Position numbers and translations under genes: made by a program | Shown: piece after piece, positions 29,610-39,339 of the stretch | Layout: every line of letters begins with the position of its first letter | Numbering within the stretch: position 1 is the stretch's first letter | Notes under the pieces: model-generated | What the model saw: only the letters and a program-made list of their open reading frames with translations | Database searches by the model: none | Told to the model about the DNA's origin: nothing | Source of the DNA: Parcubacteria group bacterium Gr01-1014_31 | GTDB taxonomy: Bacteria; Patescibacteriota; Patescibacteriia; Buchananbacterales; GWA2-38-13 | Assembly (NCBI GenBank): GCA_007376135.1 | Contig: VMFR01000001.1 | Location: 270,554-334,553 of the forward strand | DNA length: 64,000 nucleotides | Direction: 5' to 3'

Positions 29610-29909
29610 ATGGCTCACGAAGCCGACGCCGCTACCATTGCGGCAGTCCTTGGCGTCACCAACGCGCTGATCGAACTCCAGGAGTTCCCCATCCGGGTGC
29701 AGGGTGACCCGGATGCGTTCCTTGTGCGCCGGTTAGTTGACCGGCGCCAGATCCTCTACCTGATGCGCTGGAACCCGCACACGGACCAGTGGACCGCCCG
29801 CGAGGTCATGCGCGGCGAAGTGGGCCAGCACCTGGTCATCAACAATGCCGCCGTCGACGGCGGCACCATCCGCCTCAACTTCGTGACGCACACGAAGGAC
29901 GAAGTATAA
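29610..29909 (+). CDS. Hypothetical protein
   Basis: TTGACC-17 nt-TAGCGT promoter, AGGAGGAGG RBS, terminator. Confidence 0.7.
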   Translation: MAHEADAATIAAVLGVTNALIELQEFPIRVQGDPDAFLVRRLVDRRQILYLMRWNPHTDQWTAREVMRGEVGQHLVINNAAVDGGTIRLNFVTHTKDEV

Positions 29910-30111
29910 CGGCCAACCGGCCCGCACCTTCCTGCCGCGAGCGCTCCGCACCCCGGAGCGCTTTCTCTTGCCCGCAGAGCGCCAATATGCTACCTTCGCT
30001 GCGTCGTTCTTCTGCCCTTGCGCTGCTTCACGTGCAGTCCAACGGCAGGAGCGCGCGTTCCTGCGCCACGTCCGGGCGTGCCGGACCTGCTCTTTGCCAT
30101 GGAGGCTCTCC

Positions 30112-30555
30112 ATGCCAGACGAGATCGCCATGCTCGATGACCGCAGCCTTGCGGCGCTTGTGCAGGGCGGACACGTGGACCGGTTCAACGCGTACCGCGA
30201 AGCTTGGCCGGATCAGTTCATCAATTTCCGCGGCGAGATGTTTTCCCATGTGGCGCTGTCGGGCATCAACCTGCGCGAGGTCGGACTGCGGGAAACCACG
30301 TTCCTGGACTGCAGCCTGATCCAGGCCCAATTCCAGCGGGCATTCGCCGTGGGCGCCACGTTCAGCACCTGCGTGCTGTACAGCGCGAACTTCTGCGGCT
30401 GTGACCTCCAAGGCGCGGTCTTCAACATCGCTAGCCTCCACAATGCCTACACCTACGGCGCGCACCATCTGGACTGGCGCTACCGAGCGCGCCTCCTCTG
30501 CAACCGCCGCCGCAGGCGACCCGCACCCCCCGAAACGACCAAAACCTCCGTCTAG
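30112..30555 (+). CDS. Pentapeptide-repeat protein
   Basis: Five-residue periodicity (INFRG EMFSH VALSG INLRE...ANFCG CDLQG AVF); GGAGG RBS. Confidence 0.75.
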   Translation: MPDEIAMLDDRSLAALVQGGHVDRFNAYREAWPDQFINFRGEMFSHVALSGINLREVGLRETTFLDCSLIQAQFQRAFAVGATFSTCVLYSANFCGCDLQGAVFNIASLHNAYTYGAHHLDWRYRARLLCNRRRRRPAPPETTKTSV

Positions 30556-30737
30556 CCGCCCATTCCGCACCCTCTGCGCCCCATACCCTGGGGCGCTCCT
30601 TTTTGTCTTGAAAAAAACGGGTAGTTCTGGTACGATACGCAATCGGTCGCACCTTGGACAATTCCGCATCCATGGATGGATGCAAAAAGGGCGAACGCAC
30701 ATCTGCAACCCCCTCTTCCGAGGGAAAGGAGTTTCGC

Positions 30738-31907
30738 ATGGCATTCCTCAATGCCGGGCAGCGGTTGTGGGAAACGCAGCTGGCCCAGGGCACGGGTTTG
30801 TGCCTGGGCCTGGACCCGCACGGTCCGGACGCCGAGCACGAACGGCTCTACGCCGAGTTCGCGCTCGATGGCGGCCGGGAGCGGTTCCAGAACCTGGTGC
30901 TAGAGGCCCGCAAGCAGGGCTTCGTCGCCAGCGACGACCCGTCGCAGGTCGGACGCACCTACACGTACCTGGCCGGGGTGACCGGCTACCTGACGGCCGT
31001 CATCGAGGCGGCCTGGGCGAACGGTATTCGCGTCTTCAAGCCGAACATCGCGTTCTTCGAGCGCTTCGCACCGTTCGGCGACTTCGTGCTGGCGCGGATC
31101 TGCCGCCGCATCGACGGGCTGGCGGCCGGCCAGAAGTCCAGGAGCTTCGTCATCCTCGACGCCAAGCGCGGCGATATCAGCTCCACCCAGGAGCCCTACT
31201 ACGCCGCCTACCTCTCCGACGGCAACGACGCGGTTCTCCCGGGATTGCCCGCACAGTTCGGTTTCGACGCGATGACCGTCACCACCTGGATGGGCGAAGA
31301 CGTGCTGACACCGGCCCTCCCCTACCTGCAGCGCGGTAAAGGCGTTGTCGCGGTCACCCGCTCCTCCAATCCCTCCGGCACGACGCTGCAAGACCTGCGC
31401 GTCGGCGCCAACCCCGACGCGGCGCTGTCGGACAAGCAGCGGCCGTTCGCGGTCAGCGACAGCATCCTCGAGGAGATGGAGTCTGCCATCGGCTACCCGC
31501 CGACCGCCCAGGAGGTGATGCTCTTCCAGACCACGGCGTTCTGCAGCAAGCACAACCTCGTCCAGGACGGGGTCAGCTCCGTGTTCTCGGTCGTCGGCGC
31601 CACGCGCCCGATGAACCGCGCCTTCCGCATCCTGCGGCCCGACGGCATCGCCTTGGTGCCGGGATTCGGCGCCCAGGGCGGCGCTTTCGACAACATCATG
31701 GCGCTGGCCATGACCGATGGCCCGAGGCGCGGGCATCTGGGGATCTTGTCCTCCTCGCGCGCGCACCTCTACCCCTGGCGGAAGGAGTTCGGCGGTTCGG
31801 GCGATCCCAAGACCCTGACCGCGGACGTCGAACGCGCGATCGTCAAGTTCCGCGCGGACGAGAAGGCCGCCTACCAGCGCGCCGACATCGAGTTCCCCTT
31901 CGAGTAG
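30738..31907 (+). CDS. pyrF: Orotidine-5'-phosphate decarboxylase, long subfamily-2 type
   Basis: LCLGLDP, FKPNIAFFE, LDAKRGDI, SSNP, VVGAT, LVPGFGAQGG, SSSR. Confidence 0.88.
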   Translation: MAFLNAGQRLWETQLAQGTGLCLGLDPHGPDAEHERLYAEFALDGGRERFQNLVLEARKQGFVASDDPSQVGRTYTYLAGVTGYLTAVIEAAWANGIRVFKPNIAFFERFAPFGDFVLARICRRIDGLAAGQKSRSFVILDAKRGDISSTQEPYYAAYLSDGNDAVLPGLPAQFGFDAMTVTTWMGEDVLTPALPYLQRGKGVVAVTRSSNPSGTTLQDLRVGANPDAALSDKQRPFAVSDSILEEMESAIGYPPTAQEVMLFQTTAFCSKHNLVQDGVSSVFSVVGATRPMNRAFRILRPDGIALVPGFGAQGGAFDNIMALAMTDGPRRGHLGILSSSRAHLYPWRKEFGGSGDPKTLTADVERAIVKFRADEKAAYQRADIEFPFE

Positions 31908-32039
31908 TCCGAACATTCCCACCCGGCCGCCAACGGCCGACCTCCCCCACGAGGTGGCGCACCTGCGCCGCCTTTTTTTATCGCCCCTTTTCTGCTATAC
32001 TGGGTACAGGAAAAAACGGCAAAACAAAAATAAAAAACT

Positions 32040-32804
32040 ATGGTTATCCGTGTTCAACGGCGTGTTCCCTGCAGCCTTTGGCTGGCAGGATTTTTTATTG
32101 CCCTGCTGCCGGGCGCGGTGTTGGGCCAAACGGCGGCGGATGCCGACAACGACGGCCTGACCGACACGGAGGAGCTGGAACGCTACCATACGGACCCCAA
32201 TGCTGCCGACACCGACGGCGACGGCTTCAACGACGGACAAGAAGCGGCGGGCGGCTACTCGCCGCGCCATGGCGGCAAAGCAATGCTTCTCACTGTCGAT
32301 TCGGACAATGACCGCTTGAACGACGGCTGGGAATTGCTGCTGCAGACCGACCTGAACGATGCGGACACCGACGGTGACGGTTTCCTTGATGGCACCGAAG
32401 TGGCGGCCGGTTACGACCCGGCGGTGCCGGGCCGCGTCAAACGGGACAAGCGCATCGACGTCAGCCTGGAGCAGCAGGAATTGACCTACTCCTTCGGCGG
32501 CATGGTTCTGGAAACTTTTCCCATCTCCGGCGGGCTGCCGAATACGCCCACGCCTCACGGTGATTTCACGGTGCAGGCGAAAGTGCCGGTCAAGCACTAC
32601 GGCGGCGCCGGCTTCGACTACCCGAATACCAAGTGGAATTTGCAATTCACGACGGTGCGTGGCCTGCGCTACTACATCCACGGCGCGTACTGGCACAATG
32701 ACTTCGGGCGGCCGAAATCCCACGGGTGTGTCAATGTCAGCTACGACCGGATGGAACGGCTGTACTGGTTTGCGCAGCTTGGCACCCGCGTCGCCATCCA
32801 ATAA
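32040..32804 (+). CDS. L,D-transpeptidase (YkuD) with N-terminal Ca-binding DxDxDG repeats
   Basis: DTDGDG repeats; IHGAYWHNDFGRPKSHGCVN. Confidence 0.9.
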   Translation: MVIRVQRRVPCSLWLAGFFIALLPGAVLGQTAADADNDGLTDTEELERYHTDPNAADTDGDGFNDGQEAAGGYSPRHGGKAMLLTVDSDNDRLNDGWELLLQTDLNDADTDGDGFLDGTEVAAGYDPAVPGRVKRDKRIDVSLEQQELTYSFGGMVLETFPISGGLPNTPTPHGDFTVQAKVPVKHYGGAGFDYPNTKWNLQFTTVRGLRYYIHGAYWHNDFGRPKSHGCVNVSYDRMERLYWFAQLGTRVAIQ

Positions 32805-32862
32805 AAAGAGCCCCGCGATATACCGCAGGGCAGGCGACAAAAAAGGACGGCAGCAAGGAATT

Positions 32863-33003
32863 TCACGGCTTTCGCCGCAGAACGAAACGGATGCTGCGCA
32901 CGAACAGCTCGGCGCCGATGGCGGCGACCACGAGCACGATAATGAGCGCGAGTTCCAGACGGCTGGCATTGTGCCGCTCATCAACACTCCGGAGAATGGA
33001 CAC
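32863..33003 (-). CDS. 46-aa single-TM small protein
   Basis: Minus-strand TTGACA-17 nt-TAAGGT promoter (33081-33053), AGGAGG before GTG, terminator near 32803-32826. Confidence 0.5.
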   Translation of the reverse strand: MSILRSVDERHNASRLELALIIVLVVAAIGAELFVRSIRFVLRRKP

Positions 33004-33085
33004 GATACCCTCCTGCTGAAAATAAAGACCGAACAAAAAAACTGCTGCCCCCACCTTAGACAGCAGTTCTTTGTTTGTCAAAACC

Positions 33086-33817
33086 CTACCGCAGTCCGAT
33101 GACGGCGACCATCGCTTCCACCACCGCCGGATGGTCGCGCCGGTAGGAAAAATACCATTCCGGCAGACAGGCCGTGCAGTCGGTACTCGCCTCAATGTGT
33201 TCGTGCCGCACCCCACACTCGCGCAGCTGCATTCCCGCCACCGCCTTGAGGTCCAGCGCCAGGGTGCCGTCCGCCCGCCGGGTGAACGCGGCGGGGTACG
33301 CGGCAAAGCGTTCGGCCACGTCCTCGCTGACGGTGAAGTGGCACGGCCCGATACCCGGCCCGATGCCGACGACGATATCCGACGGACTGCTGCCGTACCG
33401 GTTCTGCAGCTGACGGACCGTCGCCGCGGGAATGCCCTGGTGCAACGACCGCCAGCCCGCATGCGCCAATCCGACGGCCTGGCGCTTGGGGTCATAGAAG
33501 TAGAGTGGCAGGCAGTCGCCCACGGTCACCGCCAAGAACGTCTGCGGCGTGACGGTGACCAGTCCATCGGTATCGCGGACCGCCGTTCCCCGATCGGCCG
33601 CCGTGACCACCGCAACCGCTGCCCCATGAGCCTGCTTGCAGCGCACGGCGTTTGCCGCCGTCAGGCCGAGGGCCGCAAAGTAGCGCCGGAAATTCTCGAT
33701 CACCTGCGTCTTCCGCGACGGGTCGGCCGCCGCCGTCATCGTGCCGTCCTGCCGCGCGGACAGAGTTGCCACCAGCCGCGGGTAGGCGGCGAAACTTGCG
33801 AACAGCGGATTGGCCAT
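33086..33817 (-). CDS. pgeF: Peptidoglycan editing factor / YfiH-family purine nucleoside phosphorylase
   Basis: QAHG, DGLVT, GDCLP, AHAGWR, GPGIGPC, CTAC..FSYRR. Confidence 0.9.
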   Translation of the reverse strand: MANPLFASFAAYPRLVATLSARQDGTMTAAADPSRKTQVIENFRRYFAALGLTAANAVRCKQAHGAAVAVVTAADRGTAVRDTDGLVTVTPQTFLAVTVGDCLPLYFYDPKRQAVGLAHAGWRSLHQGIPAATVRQLQNRYGSSPSDIVVGIGPGIGPCHFTVSEDVAERFAAYPAAFTRRADGTLALDLKAVAGMQLRECGVRHEHIEASTDCTACLPEWYFSYRRDHPAVVEAMVAVIGLR

Positions 33818-33821
33818 GGGA

Positions 33822-34187
33822 CTAACTGGTCGCGTTCACCAGCGAGCTGATGACGAACGCGGCAATGGCATAGGCCGCAAAGACGATGGCCAACCCGACG
33901 ACGCCCGCCGTGATGACCTTCTTGCCACCCGCCGCCTGGTCCTCATTACCGCCCGCCGTCATGTACTTAAACCCACCGTAGAAGATGCCGACGACCGCGA
34001 TCAGGCCCAGGAACCCGAACAGGATATTGATAATGAGCATGATGGTCGTCCGCAGGTCCTGGGTGCCCCACCCGACGATGGTGGAATACGACAATCCCTG
34101 GTTGACCGTCGTGCTCAATTGAGCGAGCGCCGGCTTGGCGAACGGCAGGGCGGCAACGATTGCCGCCGCACGGGTACGGATGCGCAT
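33822..34187 (-). CDS. CPR-type pilin (TrbC/VirB2-like), paralog of 9653..10039
   Basis: PALA signal end; GGFKYMTAGGNED; shares VGWGTQDLRTTIM. Confidence 0.8.
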   Translation of the reverse strand: MRIRTRAAAIVAALPFAKPALAQLSTTVNQGLSYSTIVGWGTQDLRTTIMLIINILFGFLGLIAVVGIFYGGFKYMTAGGNEDQAAGGKKVITAGVVGLAIVFAAYAIAAFVISSLVNATS

Positions 34188-34195
34188 AGTGCGAA

Positions 34196-35068
34196 TTAGG
34201 TTACGCCCGGGACGTTAGTAGTGGTGCCCCGGGGAAAATCATTGTCCAACGTAGCCGCATCCTCCTCCGACAGCTGCCAGCCCAGCGCGCCCAGGTCTTC
34301 CGCCAGGTGCGCAGGATTGGACGTCTTCACCAGCGCGACGACGTTTCGCTTGCTGATGACCCAGTTCACGGCCACCTGCGCGGGCGTCTTGCCGTACCGG
34401 GCGGCCAGGTCGTCCAGCAGCCGCTGGCCCCCGCGGGACAGCTCGCCGTACTTGCCGATGGGCCGGTAGGCCGTCACCAGGACCCCCTGCGCGCGGCAGT
34501 ATTCCAAAGTTCCGTTGTCCTCGTACGCCCGCGCCACCAGGCTGTAGTGGATCTGGTTGGTCGCCACGCCGGAGCGGGAATGGCGATTCGCTTCCTGCAG
34601 CAAGGGGACGTCAAAATTGCTAACGCCAATAAAGCGGATCAGCCCCTGCTGCACCAATTCATCCAGCGCGCCCATGGTTTCAGCCAGTGGGACATTCGGA
34701 TTTGGGCCATGAATGAGGTACAGGTCCAGGTAATCCACCCCCAGCCGGCGCAGACTGCCGCGGCAGGCGGCATGCACGTCATCAGGCCGCAAATGGTTCG
34801 GATAGACCTTGGAGGCGAGAAAGATTTGGTCGCGCGGCATATCGGCGATGGCCTCGGCGACCAATTCCTCGCAATGGCCCTCGGCGTACGCCTCGGCCGT
34901 ATCAACGTGGCGCAAACCCGCCGCCAGCGCCGCCCGGATGCCGGCAATGTCGCGCGCATCGTCGTTGCCGGGGTTGCGCTGCAGTTGGCCGCCCATCTGA
35001 TAGGTGCCAAACCCCAGGGCGGGCAGGGCAAGCAATTTCCCCTGCTTGAGGGGAATATCGTACTCCAT
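34196..35068 (-). CDS. Aldo/keto reductase
   Basis: LGFGT, DTAEAY, SKV, DYLDLYLIH, IGVSNF. Confidence 0.93.
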   Translation of the reverse strand: MEYDIPLKQGKLLALPALGFGTYQMGGQLQRNPGNDDARDIAGIRAALAAGLRHVDTAEAYAEGHCEELVAEAIADMPRDQIFLASKVYPNHLRPDDVHAACRGSLRRLGVDYLDLYLIHGPNPNVPLAETMGALDELVQQGLIRFIGVSNFDVPLLQEANRHSRSGVATNQIHYSLVARAYEDNGTLEYCRAQGVLVTAYRPIGKYGELSRGGQRLLDDLAARYGKTPAQVAVNWVISKRNVVALVKTSNPAHLAEDLGALGWQLSEEDAATLDNDFPRGTTTNVPGVT

Positions 35069-35070
35069 AG

Positions 35071-35865
35071 CTAACCCTCCTCGCCCAGCCAATGCACCAA
35101 ACGGCGCACCATGCGGCGCGGCAGCACTCGCGTCAAAAATACGCCAAGCTTGTTCCGGAATAGCGGCACGACGACCGCTTTCCCCGCCAGCATCCCGGCA
35201 ACTCCGACCCGCGCCACGACCGCCGGGTCGGCCAGATGTCCGCGCATCAGCCGCAGGTGGTGAAGGTTGGCTCGCTCCTGGAATTTCGTGCGGGTCGGAC
35301 CCGGGCACAAGACAGTTACGGTCACCCCCGAACCGCGCAGCTCCTCGTGCAAGGCTTCGGAAAATGACAAAATGTACGCCTTGGTCGCGTAATAAACGGC
35401 CATCAACGGGCCGGGCTCGAACGCGGCCGTTGACGCGACGTTAAGGATGCGGCCGGACCCGCGCGACAGCATCGGCCCAAGCAGCAGCTTGGTCAAGCGC
35501 GTCAGGCCGAGCATGTTGAGCGACATCATTTCCAGCTCCCGCTGCCAATCGGTCGCCGCAAAATAGCCGTGCACCCCGAACCCGGCATTATTGACCAGGG
35601 CATCCACCCGGACGCCGTGGTACTCCAATTCGCGGCACACCTCGATGGGGCCGGTCGGCAGCGACAGGTCGGCCGGAATGACCATCGCCTCTACCCCCGT
35701 ACTGGTGGTCAATTCCGCCGCCCGCAGCAGCAAGACGTCCTCATGGCGGGCGACCAGCACAAGATTGAACCCGTCATGGGCCAGCTCGCGCGCCAAAGCA
35801 AACCCTATCCCGCTGGATGCGCCGGTCACCAGCGCCGTTTTCCGTTCCGCCGCATCGAAGAACAT
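35071..35865 (-). CDS. Short-chain dehydrogenase/reductase
   Basis: TGASSGIG, NNAG, YYATK. Confidence 0.93.
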   Translation of the reverse strand: MFFDAAERKTALVTGASSGIGFALARELAHDGFNLVLVARHEDVLLLRAAELTTSTGVEAMVIPADLSLPTGPIEVCRELEYHGVRVDALVNNAGFGVHGYFAATDWQRELEMMSLNMLGLTRLTKLLLGPMLSRGSGRILNVASTAAFEPGPLMAVYYATKAYILSFSEALHEELRGSGVTVTVLCPGPTRTKFQERANLHHLRLMRGHLADPAVVARVGVAGMLAGKAVVVPLFRNKLGVFLTRVLPRRMVRRLVHWLGEEG

Positions 35866-36037
35866 AGGAATGTTCGCATTGTACCACACCGGCGGCAGCA
35901 CGCGTTGACAAATCGCTTATTTTAGGGTACCGTACGTCTTCCGCTGGTTGGGGGCAGCGGCGTTCTTTTCCACAAAAAAGTACGCAGTTTGCCCAGGTTA
36001 CCGTTGTTGTTCGGCCCAATTCCACAAGGAGGCGCTC

Positions 36038-37369
36038 ATGCCCAAGTTCCGACGTTCCCAGAACCGCACCAAGGTCATTCCCCTGCCGCTGTCCATCGGC
36101 GGCTGGTGCCTGGTCAACCCCGGCGGCGACCCGTTCGGCGACGCCGTGCGCGCGCCCACCCTGACCGACGGTCTGCGCGCCTGCCGCGATGCGGGCATCA
36201 CCCACGTGTCGTTCCACGACCGCGACCTGTACCCCGACGACGCCCCGCAGGAGATTATCGACGAAAAGGTCGACCAGGTCCTGCGGCTGCTGGAGGACAG
36301 CGGGTTGAAGGTGCTCTGCTTCACCACCAACCTGTTCTCCAACCCGTGCTTCCGCTCCGGCGCGTTCTCGTCGCCCATTCCCGCGGTGCGCCAGGCAGCC
36401 ATCGTCAAGGGCTGCCGGTCGGTCCATGCCGCGAAGCGGCTGGGTGCCCTCAACATCATCTTCTGGGGCGGCCGCGAAGGCACTGAGGTCTTCGAGCAGG
36501 ACAGCGGCGAAGGCGTGCGCAACTACCTGCTGGGCGCGCGCGCCGTCATCGTCTACGCCATCGCCCAGGGCTACCAGGGCACCTTCACCTTCGAGCCGAA
36601 GGTCTACGAGCCGCGCTTCCATTCGTTTGCGGCCACCGGGGCTGCGATGGGCTCCGGGATCCGCGAGTTCTTCCCCGAAACGGAGCTGGCGGCCCGGGTC
36701 AAGATCAACCCGGAGTACCCGCAGCACGTGGCGATGCTGGGGCTGAACCCCGCCATCGAGCTGGGTCAGCTCCTCGAGGAGGACCTGCTCGGTCCGTGCA
36801 TCCACTTCGGCGGGCAACCGCCGTGCCGCATGGACGCGGACTTCGCGCCGGGCCTGGGCGGTTCTCCGACCGACGACTTCCACGTCTGCAAGCTGCTCCA
36901 CGATGCGACGTACCGCGGGTTCGTGGAGTTCGACTGCCGTCCGCTGCGCACCTCGGCGTCCGAGCACGCCATCCGCCTGTTCGCGCGCCAATGCGTCGCC
37001 TACTGGCGGCAGCTGGAGCAAAAGGTCGTAACCTTCCGCCGCGACCCCATCATCCGCGCGCTGCAGGCCGAGATCTTCGGCGAACCCATCGCGCAACTGG
37101 AGGACGTGCTGACGGTGACGATGCCCAACGCTGCGGCCGACAGCAACGTCGTCATCGACGCGGTCAACCGGCTGCCCATCCGCACCTTCGCGGAGACGGC
37201 GGCCATCGACACGGACGCCATCGAGGCGTTCGGCTACCGCGTGCAGCAGATCGTCTGCGGCACCCACCGTGAAGGCGCAACGATGTTCTGCGGCACCAGG
37301 TGGGCCGCAGCCCAGGCCAAGACGGCTGATGCGCCCGTCGAGTCCGAGGCCGAAGAGGCCAGCAACTGA
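36038..37369 (+). CDS. xylA: Xylose isomerase-like protein (divergent)
   Basis: GGDPFG, FHDRDL, TTNLFSNP, WGGREG, FEPK..EPR, INPE; own promoter, RBS and terminator. Confidence 0.75.
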   Translation: MPKFRRSQNRTKVIPLPLSIGGWCLVNPGGDPFGDAVRAPTLTDGLRACRDAGITHVSFHDRDLYPDDAPQEIIDEKVDQVLRLLEDSGLKVLCFTTNLFSNPCFRSGAFSSPIPAVRQAAIVKGCRSVHAAKRLGALNIIFWGGREGTEVFEQDSGEGVRNYLLGARAVIVYAIAQGYQGTFTFEPKVYEPRFHSFAATGAAMGSGIREFFPETELAARVKINPEYPQHVAMLGLNPAIELGQLLEEDLLGPCIHFGGQPPCRMDADFAPGLGGSPTDDFHVCKLLHDATYRGFVEFDCRPLRTSASEHAIRLFARQCVAYWRQLEQKVVTFRRDPIIRALQAEIFGEPIAQLEDVLTVTMPNAAADSNVVIDAVNRLPIRTFAETAAIDTDAIEAFGYRVQQIVCGTHREGATMFCGTRWAAAQAKTADAPVESEAEEASN

Positions 37370-37502
37370 CGGCTCGCGCTCTCCGCTCCGTTCTTCAACC
37401 GATACGCCGGAGGAGTCACCTGACTCCCCCGGCGTTTTTTTTATTTCCACGCCCCCGCAGCAAGGGAGCATGCGACCGACGGCGAGGAGGGCGCGGGAAT
37501 AA

Positions 37503-37650
37503 CCCCGCCAAAATCTTGCCGTTTTCAGCCGTTTGGCCGCTGATCTAGGGGGGCGGCAGAGAACCCAAGCGGAGCGCGCGGCCGAATAGGCCTCCCCGCT
37601 GTGGGCGCAGCGCTCCGCCGTTGAACAACCCCGCAAGATTGGGCGGGATT
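37503..37650. repeat. Inverted-repeat-bounded intergenic element
   Basis: cccgccaaaatcttgc pairs with gcaagattgggcggg. Confidence 0.5.
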
Positions 37651-37689
37651 TTCAAGCTCGTACAAATTTTCCCCATGCGTAAGGTGAGA

Positions 37690-39189
37690 CTAAAAACTAC
37701 TCAAGCCCGTGAACTCCATCACGCGATACCGCAGCATCTGCCACACCGAATCCTGGCGGTACGTCGCGTACCCCGTGCTGAAACGGTCCTGTCGGGCGTT
37801 CCCCCACACCAGATCAAAAAGATCTTGGGCTTGCCGCAGCGGCTGCGCGTCCTGGCTGCCGCCGACCACGACGCTGGTTTCCAGATTCAGGTCGCGCAGG
37901 TTCCGTTTGGTCCAGTTGGCTGAGCCGACCACCATGCTGGCCGAGCCGTCGGTTTTTCTGATGAGTAGCAGCTTGTCGTGCGCCTGCTCCCCGTGAGTGT
38001 CATACCACTGCACGAACAACCGCGCCGTACTGTGCAGCATCAGCTCCGACGCCACCGGTCGGTTGGGAATGCCGTTCTTGATGCGACCAAAGGCGTCCTT
38101 GTTGGGGTCGAGCAGCAGCCGCACGATGGCGCCGCGCTTGGACGCGGCCACCAGCGCCTTGATGATCGAACGGTCGGAAAAATAGAAAATGAACGCATCC
38201 ACCTGGTCGCCGGGACCGGCGGTGCCCAGCTGCCGCTCCAGAGCGTCGGCGATCTTTCCCTCGGTCACGACCTGCAGGCTGACCATGGAACTGGTCGCCG
38301 CCGTTGCCTGCCCGTCGGCTAAGCTGGCCTGCGCGAGTCCGGCGACGTCCACGCCGAACGGGGTGCCGGAAAACCTCCCAACGGCCGCCTCGCTGGCCAA
38401 AAGCTCCTTCCAGGGCCCGCCGGTGAATTGCAGCGCGATGTTGCTGTGGCCGGAGCTGGCCGAATGCGGATTCCATGAGGTTACCAGCGACACTGCGTCG
38501 CTGCCGCGGTCGGCAATGAGCACCTTGCGGTGATTGGCTTTGAAATTCAGCATCGCGAGCCACGCGCGCAGGTTGACTTTGCCCCCGCGGTCGAAGGGAT
38601 TGGGCAGCCACGACCACCCCGGCTGGTTGCCCAGGAATCGGACGCTTGGCCGCCAAAACCCGGCGTACAGCGGATTGGGGTCGCGCAGCTTATTCAGGTC
38701 GGTGGTCACGACCGTGACCCCGGCTTGCTGCAGCCGGGCAAGCTCGGGCGAGACTGTGCCGCCATAGACCGTGTTGATAGGGTCGGTGAGAAACACCAGC
38801 AGCACGCCGGGGTCGGCGCGGCGCTTCTCCAGCAGCGCGGCGGTCAACTCGGCCGTCAGGTCGCGGTGGATTTCCCCTCCCGTGCCCCGGAATTGGTTGA
38901 ACAGGAAAAAATCCATCACCACGAAACGCTTGGCTTCGCGGATCGCGGCAAGCACCTGGTCAAATATCTCCTGGCGCGAGAAGCGCTGCCCGCCGGCATC
39001 AACGCCGGTCACATCGGCGAGCAGGGACACATTGCGGGCCGGCACCTGGTAGGCGCGACTTTCCATGCTGACGCCCGACGGCAACGGCTTGTAGCGGGCG
39101 TACACGGCACTTCCAGCCCAAATGGCAAGCAAGAGCAAGAGTATGCGCCGGCGGCGCTGGCGGTTTGTCCCCTCGTCAAACCAACTCAT
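37690..39189 (-). CDS. Phospholipase D family protein (cardiolipin synthase-like)
   Basis: HRKVLIAD and HDKLLL...GSANW..RNL motifs; N-terminal TM. Confidence 0.85.
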   Translation of the reverse strand: MSWFDEGTNRQRRRRILLLLLAIWAGSAVYARYKPLPSGVSMESRAYQVPARNVSLLADVTGVDAGGQRFSRQEIFDQVLAAIREAKRFVVMDFFLFNQFRGTGGEIHRDLTAELTAALLEKRRADPGVLLVFLTDPINTVYGGTVSPELARLQQAGVTVVTTDLNKLRDPNPLYAGFWRPSVRFLGNQPGWSWLPNPFDRGGKVNLRAWLAMLNFKANHRKVLIADRGSDAVSLVTSWNPHSASSGHSNIALQFTGGPWKELLASEAAVGRFSGTPFGVDVAGLAQASLADGQATAATSSMVSLQVVTEGKIADALERQLGTAGPGDQVDAFIFYFSDRSIIKALVAASKRGAIVRLLLDPNKDAFGRIKNGIPNRPVASELMLHSTARLFVQWYDTHGEQAHDKLLLIRKTDGSASMVVGSANWTKRNLRDLNLETSVVVGGSQDAQPLRQAQDLFDLVWGNARQDRFSTGYATYRQDSVWQMLRYRVMEFTGLSSF

Positions 39190-39339
39190 AGTACTGCTCA
39201 TTGTAGCAGGCATCTGCGACGGCGCGAACTGTTCTGAATATTGGCTCAATATATTGACAAATGAACAATAATATGTTATTATTAATAATTGGCTGTTTTT
39301 TCCGAAATCGAACCTTTCCAACCTCTCGGAGGAAAAACC

